NCBI GenBank assembly: GCA_016748015.1
Contig: JAAOMT010000514.1
Span: 290,487-354,486, forward strand
Reading direction: 5' to 3'
DNA from: Geosiphon pyriformis uo1
Taxonomy: Eukaryota > Fungi > Glomeromycota
Length of the DNA: 64,000 bases
Each line of letters opens with the position of its first letter. The first letter of the stretch is position 1. The notes under the pieces are model-generated. The model was given only the letters and a program-made list of their open reading frames with translations, was not told the origin of the DNA and made no database searches. Positions 55,162 through 64,000 of the stretch are shown here, in pieces. A program made the position numbers and the translations under genes.

Positions 55162-57543
55162 AGAAGATCAAAAAACTTTTTCTCTCCTAATTTTCATGAC
55201 CACAAATAGAGCTAAGAGTAAAAAAGTTGCAAACATCACTTTTCTTATAGTAACTAATAAAGTTTCAACATAAGAGGGTCTCTCTGTTATTGAAGCAGCT
55301 AGACAAAACATTCTGGCAACATTTCCTTTAAAAAATATTAGTAATAAGCTGCCTTTAGTGGCTTCTGGTTCATTTTCTTTACCTTTGGCTGGAAGTTCTT
55401 CTTCAGTCAAAGTTCCTTCCAAAAGGCACACTCAGGTTAGTCCCAGTGTTGTCTCTACCATTTCAAAAAGCCCAAAGATTTTTAATAACAGACCAGTCAA
55501 CAAGTTGGTCTTTTCTGCTCTCACCACTCCCACTACTACTTCTACTATTACTGCTTCACAAATGGCTGTGAAAGCAAAAAATTCCAAAAAACAGCAGCAG
55601 GCAGTCACAACTGCTATGATCACACCAAACCTCTTTATGGTTCCAGATGAGATCTTCAGTAAGATCTCCACAGCAGCAGCCAGCCCTCTTCCTGATATGG
55701 ATGGCAACAGCAGCAGCACATCTCCTAAGATGGGCCAAGATCAACCACTGGCTGTGTTGCCTGATGTGGTACTCTCCAGCAGATCATCACCAATTCCAGT
55801 AGCAAAACAGTCCATTAATCCAGATGATCTCAAAGATTAGGCTGATCAGATGAAAATGGAATCAACTGTCCCCCCCCAGTTTCTGGTGCAGCTGATGCTG
55901 GTGCTTGGGAGAATGTGAATGGTCGCTAAAAGTTCTCTGGTTGGGTGGCCTCCAATCTTATACATGGTGCTATGTTTAAGATCAAGATGGCTTTGCTTAG
56001 TTCTTTGTTTTAGTTGCTGCCTAGTTGTATTGGGTTTAAGTTTGTTTTATGAGATGCTGTCAAGTTGTTCTGTGTGGAATTTGCATCTCAGAAGTGTCTA
56101 AATGATGCTACCAAAGTGGTCATTGGTAATGAGGTTTTTTTGACCACCCTTAAGATTGCATGGTCATCTGGAATGGCCTCTGTTTCTTCCTCTTCCTTGT
56201 CAGTTGCACTGCGCAATGTACCTTTGAGCACTTCTGTTAAGTTGAAGCCTGCTGGCTTATGGCAATACACTGTGGTTGATTTTAAGGACATTTCTTCTGC
56301 TGCTGCTGCTCTCTCTAACTGGTCTGTATTGGTCAGAAAAGATAGTGTTAGGATCCTTCCCATTGCCAACCAAAAGGAGGTTATCTCCTTAAGAGATGCA
56401 TTCAAAGCTAAGTTGGTCAATCTTCTATTTGGCTGTACTGCCTTTGAGATAAGTAATTTGGTCTCCCAAGTTGGTGGCCATACATGTTTCATTCCTTGCT
56501 TCCCTGAATTTTATTGACGTCAACACTTTGCTGTGGTTACCTTTGATTCTTTGGAATCTCTGAATGTTGCTGTGTCAAAAACTGGTACCTTGCATGGTTG
56601 TTGCATCTGGTGGGAAACTCCTGGATGTTGCTGCTGCTATAGGTGTCAAGACTTGGATCATTTGGCTGTTGGACTGTAAGAAGTCACCTCTTCCTCCACC
56701 CAAACTCTTCTTCAACACTTCTGGTGGCCCAAAAATTTTCAAACCTTTATTTGCTGGACCTAAATCTTATGCCAAAGCTGCTACTTTTGTGGTTCTTCCT
56801 GGTGCTGCTGCTGCTGATATGAACTTGAATCTTGGTGGTCCTCCCAAAACTACAACACCCATGGTGTCTGCTGTACCTTCTGTTCCCAATTCTGCTGTTG
56901 AATCTAGGTTGGCTTCTTTGGAATCCCACCTTAGTGAACTATCTGTGTTGATAAAATCCTTAGTTGAGCCTGTTGGTGCTCTTGTTGCATTGGTTACTAA
57001 ATTGCTGTCCATTCCAACTGCTGTAGATGTATCAGTTAAGGAATGTGTGGATAGGTTGGCTAAGCAAAATAAAAGCTTGGCTGCTGTTGCTTCTGTAATG
57101 CAGGGAAGAATTACACACCTTGAGAAAAAATGTGAACAGGCCAGCTTGGAGAATGGATCAGATGTTGATGACATGGTTGATAACAATAATGGTGACAATA
57201 AAGATTTTTTGGTTTATGATAATATCTTTGATGTTATAATGCACCTATGGGAAGATCAGCCTTCCAGTATCAAATCCAGTCCTGATCAGACTGCTAAGTG
57301 GATGAGTAGTATGGTTAAGAATAATCATGAGCTTGTTAGCATTATGGGTAAGATGTATGAATTAGATATGTTTGATACATTAAGTAGCAAAGGTAGTACT
57401 AGTGTGTAGTTAGGGCTTTCCACTAGTAGTTAGCTGCATCTTGTAAACTTTGTATTATTGGGTGAGCTGGCTTTATGAAAGCACTAACTTTATTGTTAGA
57501 CACAACTAATAAACAATCAGCATGGCTACACGTTAAAAAAAAA
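55162..57543 (+). mobile_element. ORF1-only element, first unit of a tandem dimer
   Basis: ATG at 55196, stop at 57409, 3' tail and poly(A). Confidence 0.92.
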
Positions 57544-57551
57544 GTAGTAGT

Positions 57552-59988
57552 AAGAAAAAAAAAACTCTTTCTCTCCTAATTTTTATGACCATGAATAAAG
57601 TTAAGAGTAAAAAAGTTGCAAACATCACTTTTCCTATAGTAACTAATAAAGATTCAACACAAGAGGGTTTCTCTGTTATTGAAGCAGCTAGACAAAACAT
57701 TCTGGCAACATTTCTTTTAAAAATATTAGTGATAAGCTGCCTTTAGTGGCTTCTGGTTCATTTTCTTCTCTTTTGGCTGGAAGTTCTTCTCCAGTCAAAG
57801 TTTCTTCCAAAAGGCACACTCAGGTTAGTCCCAGTGTTGTCTCTACCACTTCAAAAAGCCCAAAGATTTTTAATAACAGACCAGTCAACAAGTTGGTCTT
57901 TTCTGATCTCACCACTCCCATTACTACTTCTACTATTACTGCTTCACAAATGGCTGTGAAAGCAAAAAATTCCAAAAAACAGCAGCAGGCAGTCACAACT
58001 GCTATGATCACACTGAATCTTTTTGTGGTTCCAGATGAGATCTTCAGTAAGATCTCCACAGCAGCAGCCAGCCCTCTTCCTGATATGGATGGCAACAGCA
58101 ACAGCACATCTCCTAAGATGGGCCAAGATCAACCACTGGCTGTGTTGCCTGATGTGGTACTCTCTGGCAGATCATTGCCAATCCCAGTAGCAAAACAGTC
58201 CATCAATCCAGATGATCTCAAAGATTAGGCTGATCAGATGAAAATGGAATCAACTGTCCCCCCCAGTTTCTAATGTAGCTGATGCTGGTGCTTGGGAGAA
58301 TGTGAATGGTCGCCAAAGGTTCTCTGGTTGGGTGGCCTCCAATCTTGTATCTGGTACTATGTTTAAGATCAAGATGACTTTGCTCAGTTCTTTGTTTCAG
58401 TTGCTGCCTATTTGTATTGGGCTTAAGTCTGTTTTACGAGATGCTGTCAAGTTGTTCTGTGTGGAATTTGCATCTTAGAAGTGTCTAAATGATGCTACCA
58501 AAGTGGTCATTGGTGATGAGGTTTTTTTGACCACCCTTAAGATTGCACAGTCATCTAGAGTGGCCTCTGTTTCTTCCTCTTCCTTGTCAGTTGCACTGCA
58601 TGATGTACCTTTGGGTACCTTTTCTGATGACATCAAAACTGCTCTTGGCATTTTTGGTGTTGTCACTTCTGTTAAGTTGAAGCCTGCTGACTTATGACAA
58701 TATGCTGTGGTTGATTTTAAGAACATTTCTTCTGCTGCTGCTGCTCTCTCTAACTGGTCTGTATTGGTCAGAAAAGATAGTGTTAGGATCCTTCCTATTG
58801 CCAACCAAAAGGAGGTTATCTCCTCAAGAGATGCATTCAAAGCTAAGTTGGTCAATTTTCTATTTAGCTGTACTGCCTTTGAGATAAGTGATTTGGTCTC
58901 CCAAGTTGGTAACCGTACATGTTTCATTCCTTGCTCCTCTGAATCTTATCGAAATCAACACTTTGCTGTGGTTATCTTTGATTCTTTGGAATCTCTGAAT
59001 GTTGCTGTGTCAAAAACTGGTACCTTGCATGGTTGTCACATCTGGTGGGAAACTCCTGGGTGTTGCCACTGCTACAGGTGTCAAGACTTGAATCATTTGG
59101 CTGTGGACTAAAAGAAGTTGCCTCCCCTCCCACCTAAACTCCCCTTCAATACCTTTGGTGGCCCCAAAAATTTCAAATCTTCATTTGGTGGGTTTAAATT
59201 GTATGCCAAGACTGCTGCTTTTGTGATTCTTCCTGGTGCTGCTGCTGCTAATATGGAATTGGATCTTGGTGGTCCTCCCAAAACTGCAACATCTGTGTTG
59301 TCTGTTGTCTCCTCTGTTCCCAATACTGCTGTTGAATCTAGGTTGGCTTTTTTTGAATCCCACCTTAGTGAACTATCTGTGTTGATTAAATCTTTGGTTG
59401 AACCTGTTGGTGCTCTGGTTGCATTGGTTACCAAATTGCTGTCTACTCCATCTGCCATGGATGTGTCAGTTAAGGAATGTGTAAATGGATTGGCTAAGCA
59501 AAATAAAGGCTTGGCTGCTGTTGCCACCATGATGCAAAAAAGATTAACACGTTTTGAGACAATAAGTGAGTGGATTTGCTTGGAGAATGGATCAGATGTT
59601 AATGATATGGTTGATGATGTTGATGATGATGATGATGATGATAAAGCTTTTTCAGTTTATGATAACACCTTCAATGTTATGATGCACCTATGGGAGGATC
59701 AGCCTTTAAGAATCAAATCCAGTCCTGATCAGACTGCTAAGTGGATGAGTGATATGGTTAAGAATAGTCATGAGCTTGTTAGCATTATGGGTAAAATGTA
59801 TGAATTAGATATGTTTGATACATTAGGTAGCAAAGGTAGTACTAGTGTGTAGTTAGAGCTTTCTGCTTGTGGTTAGCCACATCTTGTGATTTTTGTATTA
59901 TTGGGTAAGTTAGCTTTGTGAAACCACCACATTTACTGTGGCTCAACTAATAAACAACCAGCATGGCTACACGTTAACAAAAAAAAAA
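57552..59988 (+). mobile_element. ORF1-only element, second unit of a tandem dimer
   Basis: Stop at 59852, tail and poly(A). The dimer is flanked by gttgaagctact (55150-55161) / gttgatgctact (59989-60000). Confidence 0.92.
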
Positions 59989-60603
59989 GTTGATGCTACT
60001 GTTTATTAGCCTTTAAACTGGTAGGCACACCTCCAAAGGGTAAGAGTACAAGCCAATTAGAAGAAAACCCCTTTTATATTTTTAACCTAACTAATAATGA
60101 CCATAACATAGATGAACTAGCAATTAACACCTCTGAATCAACAAGAAAGAAGAAGAAAGCCAAGGTTGATTTCATTCTAGACTCAAACAAAGCATCCACA
60201 TCCACTGTTGATAACATTGAGCCACCAAAAACTAAAGTTTTTAAGAATTCTCTAAAGTTGAAATCTTCAGAAATAGTACAAAAATCTGGTTCCTATTTTG
60301 TTGTTAAAGATCTCATGGAAATCTCAGCTTACATTACCTTTGGCCAGTTAATAACCCATCCACAATTCTGAAAAGATTTTCACAAATCATTGATTCTAAA
60401 GAAGAAAACACCAAAGACCAACAAGCACTCTTGTCAAGCTGGACTTGTGACAACAGCAATGTTACTCCTCTCATTTACAAAGCCCAAGTGAATGGTTATT
60501 TTATTGACTTGATTCTAGACAGTAGATCATCTGTTAGTGTAATTGCCAAACACTTTCTGGAAGCCATTAGAAAAAAGATTGATGAACCTTCCATCCAGCC
60601 TAT

Positions 60604-61530
60604 TGTTATGGTTGAAACTTATACTTCTTATTAATTATCACATGTATTAGCCACTGATGTCACATAAATTAGCCACTCTATTTTTAGAAAGTAATCATTG
60701 ACCTGATTAATGACCTGACCATTGACCTGATCATTGACCATTTTTGATAGCTATATAGGCAATAAATCTCTTAACTGTAGAAAAGCATGAAGAAATAAAG
60801 GAAATCAAATAAAGAAAATAACAACTTTCATCTCAATTCTTCTCTTATCACTAATTTCCCTTTTCCTACTTTCAAGTATCTGAACATCTTAAAGATAAAA
60901 GATTACTTGTTGGTTATTCCTTACCCTTTTCCTGAAACATATAATTGCAACATTTGGTGATTATTGAATAAAACATGACTGAAGAGCATATCTGATACTT
61001 GATATTGAATTCTAAGAACAATGTAAGACATAGAATTATACCAAGTGTGATTATTTGTTGACAGTACAGACTATCCCTCTACCTTCAGATTTCCTAGTTA
61101 CCTTTTGAAAAGAATAGTGACTGAGATATTTTATGAGACTGATCTCACACATTGAATCCATACTTATTCAATTTGCTCTTTGAAGTTAAATTTCCTTTGA
61201 TTATTTCCATCACCTTACAATCCTGTTCTCCCTTGCTATCCATTAGCTTGTTACTCCAACCCATAACATAAAAGTGGTGCTTCCTGTAATGTTGTCAAAA
61301 TCCACTTTGTTTCCTATTGTATGAGTGATTATTCATATCTGCCACAACAATTAGAAGAACACTTTGAAGCACACAACAAAAACGATCTAGACTTTATTGA
61401 ACTTAATCCTTTGTCTTCCTGCTTGATTTGCTTTCCCATTGAAGAACAATCCAGCAGACAATTCCAAGACTTTTGGAACTGGTTCCTGAATAAGCATTCA
61501 GCTGAAACCTACACAACTTATACAACCTAT
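60604..61530 (+). mobile_element. Gypsy-B copy 4 (5' LTR 60604-61268, PBS, start of gag)
   Basis: Inserted after CTAT in the protease of copy 3. PBS taaaag-TGGTGCTT. Confidence 0.88.
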
Positions 61531-64000
61531 TGTTATGGTTGAAACACATAGTTTTTATTAATTATCACATGTATTAGCCAATGATGTCATATAATTAGCC
61601 ATCCTATTTTTAGATAGTGATCGTTGACCTAATCAATGACCTGACCGTTGACCTGATCATTGACCTGATCATTGACCTGGTCGTTGACCACTTTAGATAG
61701 CTATATAAGCAATGATTCCCTTAGCTGTAGAAAGACATGATAAAAGTAACAAAATAAACAATATCAATTACTTCCTCTCATAATTGCTTATTCCCCTTTC
61801 CTTACCTTCAAGTATCTACTTGTTGGCATTCACATACCTTATCTTTTCCCCTTCTTGATTTGTATTTGTTAGAATTAGCCTGAGAAGCAATTGGCTTGCT
61901 CTTGTAATTCATTGAATAAAGAAACGATTGAAAAGTACAACGATACCTGTTATTGATTCTAAGAATCGCCGAGTTGAGACATAGCAGCGGTGTTATCTTG
62001 TTGACAATCACGGACTATTCCTCTACCTTCAGATTTAAGAAAAGATTAGCGACTGTGATTTTTATGAAACTGATCACACACATTGAATTCCTACTTATTC
62101 AATTCACTCCCTTATTGTAATTTCTTCTTTGTTTATTTCCATCACCATACAATACTGTTCTCCCTTACTATCCGTTAGCTTGTTACTCCAACCCATAACA
62201 TAAAAGTGGTGCTCCCTGTGAGGTTGTCAAAATTCACTTATTCCCTCATTGTATGAGTGATTACTTATATCTGCCACAGCAATCAGAAGAATACTTTGCA
62301 GTACACAACAGAAACGACCAAAGTTTCATTAAACTTAATCCTCTGCCCTCCTGCTTGATCTGCTTCTCCCTTGAAGAACAATCCAGTAGACAATTCTAAG
62401 ACTTTTGGAACTGGTTCCTGAACAAGCATTCAGCTGAAACCTACACAGCTTATACAACCTATTACTTTGACCAAGCTTATTTTAAAAACAACTTTGAAGA
62501 AAGAAACAACAGTATCAATCAGCTCTTATATTCTGCAACCTTTGAACAACAGCCCCCTGATTTCGAATATCTGAATCATCAAATCCACATTTGGATTGCT
62601 GCCCATCAAGCAACTGAAACTCCCTTTGAAACAGAAGAAGAAAGCTACCAAACTGCCCCTGTTTTTGATCTTTTATCAAGCAAATCAGACTCGTCTACAC
62701 AAACAGTTACCTCTGAACCAATGGCTAATGACCCCATGCAAGCAAACATTCTGGCCGCCCTCCAAGGTATACAAACTGCTCTACGGCGAAGAAACAACAC
62801 CCCAATACTATTATTTAGAGATGATGCACAAGATCCAATTGAATGGTTGGATGACTTTGAAAGAGCTGCTACAGCCAATCAATATGATGATGAGTACAAG
62901 TTCCAAATTGTTGGTGGCTACCTTCAAGGATCCCCTGCTACCTGGTTCTCACAAAAAACAGATGCCAATGCCCAGCAAAGAATCATTAGATGGACACCAG
63001 CAAATGTGAGAGAAATCAACACTTCTTTCACTACCCAGTTTGAAAACAAGTTCAGAACCCCAATATTAATATCAAAATGACGTATGGAATTGGAAAGAAG
63101 AACCCAAGGTTCCAGTGAAGTTGTAACCAAATACGCCAAAGCAATCAGAAAGTTAATCAAACGAGTAGACACTGGAAGAAATTGGACAGAAGAGCAGAAA
63201 ATTCACTTCTTCACAAAAGGATTGAGAACTGATCTATCGTATGCTCTTTGGCCCCTTCTGGCCCTGAAAGATAATCCCACCATGGATATGGCCATTGAAT
63301 TAGCACAAAGAATTGAAGACAACCAAAGGATGCACTTGGGATCCACACTACCAGTTTTTGCTCCTGTTCCTGTCATGGCTCCTGCCCCTCAAATGGCTGC
63401 TACTTCTTTTGCCACTCACACTCAAGATCCAAATGAACAGTTAATAGACAGACTCACAGCAAATCTTGCTCGGTTATTAGAACTCTTAGCCCAAGCAGTC
63501 AGAGAAAATCAGCAACCACAAAGACCCAAATTTGAACCATGCTTCAATCAGCCCCAGCAACTACCTTATCAAAGACAACAAAATCGTGGCCCACCTGTAT
63601 GCTATTGCTGTGGATTAACTGGACACTTTTCAAGAAATTGCAACAATACTCCACTGCCTCTACCAGTCCCCAGAAACAATGATGCTCAGAACAACAGGAT
63701 CAACAACAACAATGTGCCCAACCAAAGACCCAATCATGCCAACATCAATTTCTTTGGAGAGGATCCCCTAGTTGAAGCCACTGTTTATCAGCCTTTAAAC
63801 TGGTAGGCGCACCTCCAAAGGGTGAGAGTGCAAGCCAACCAGAAGAAAACTCCTTTTATGCTCTTAACCTAACTGATGATAACCATAACATAGATGAACT
63901 AGCAATCAACACTTCTGAATCAACAAGAAAGAAGAAAAAAGCCAAGGTTGATTTCATTATAGATCCAAACAAGGCATCCAAATCAACTGTTGATAACAAT
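61531..64000 (+). mobile_element. Gypsy-B copy 5 (5' LTR 61531-62200, PBS, gag, frameshift site); runs off the window; least decayed copy
   Basis: gag ORFs 62721-63080 and 63084-63806 (CYCCGLTGHFSRNC). Retains more CpG than the other copies. Confidence 0.92.
63794..63800 (+). promoter_or_regulatory. Predicted -1 ribosomal frameshift slippery site U UUA AAC
   Basis: Correct phase, one codon before the gag stop. The -1 frame is open into DELAINTSESTRKKKKAK. Conserved at 37207-37213, 43245-43251 and 60012-60018. Confidence 0.8.

Larger units (their letters stand above)
53423..60603 (+). mobile_element. Gypsy-B copy 3 (partial 5' LTR 53423-53590, PBS, gag, start of protease)
   Basis: Colinear with the other copies. 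Interrupted by the ORF1-only dimer and by copy 4. Confidence 0.88.

Overview
Eukaryotic, intron-rich, AT-rich DNA, most consistent with an early-diverging fungus (Mucoromycota, probably Glomeromycotina; inferred from short introns, gene content and TE types). Positions 1-9.5 kb are a CpG-containing gene island: an SPC24-like kinetochore gene with a U12-type AT-AC intron, glucose-6-phosphate isomerase, a secreted four-repeat Cys-rich protein, and cytosolic asparaginyl-tRNA synthetase. Positions 9.6-64 kb are a CpG-depleted nest of decayed retrotransposons. It holds a full-length LINE (LINE-A), a Ty3/Gypsy element carrying a dUTPase (Gypsy-A), and several self-nested copies plus solo LTRs of a second Gypsy (Gypsy-B) with a conserved UUUAAAC -1 frameshift site. 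It also holds the 3' end of a second LINE (LINE-B) and seven copies of a ~2.4 kb ORF1-only, HAL1-like non-autonomous element. Main observations: (i) the ORF1-only family carries the 3' tail of LINE-B in young copies and the tail of LINE-A in an older, diverged copy; (ii) the AT-rich sequence at the window start is a Gypsy-B LTR with almost every C and G converted to T and A (RIP-like); (iii) the AT-AC minor intron; (iv) possibly homologous extra ORFs at the env position in both Gypsy families. All alignments were made by eye and TE boundaries may be off by a few bases.
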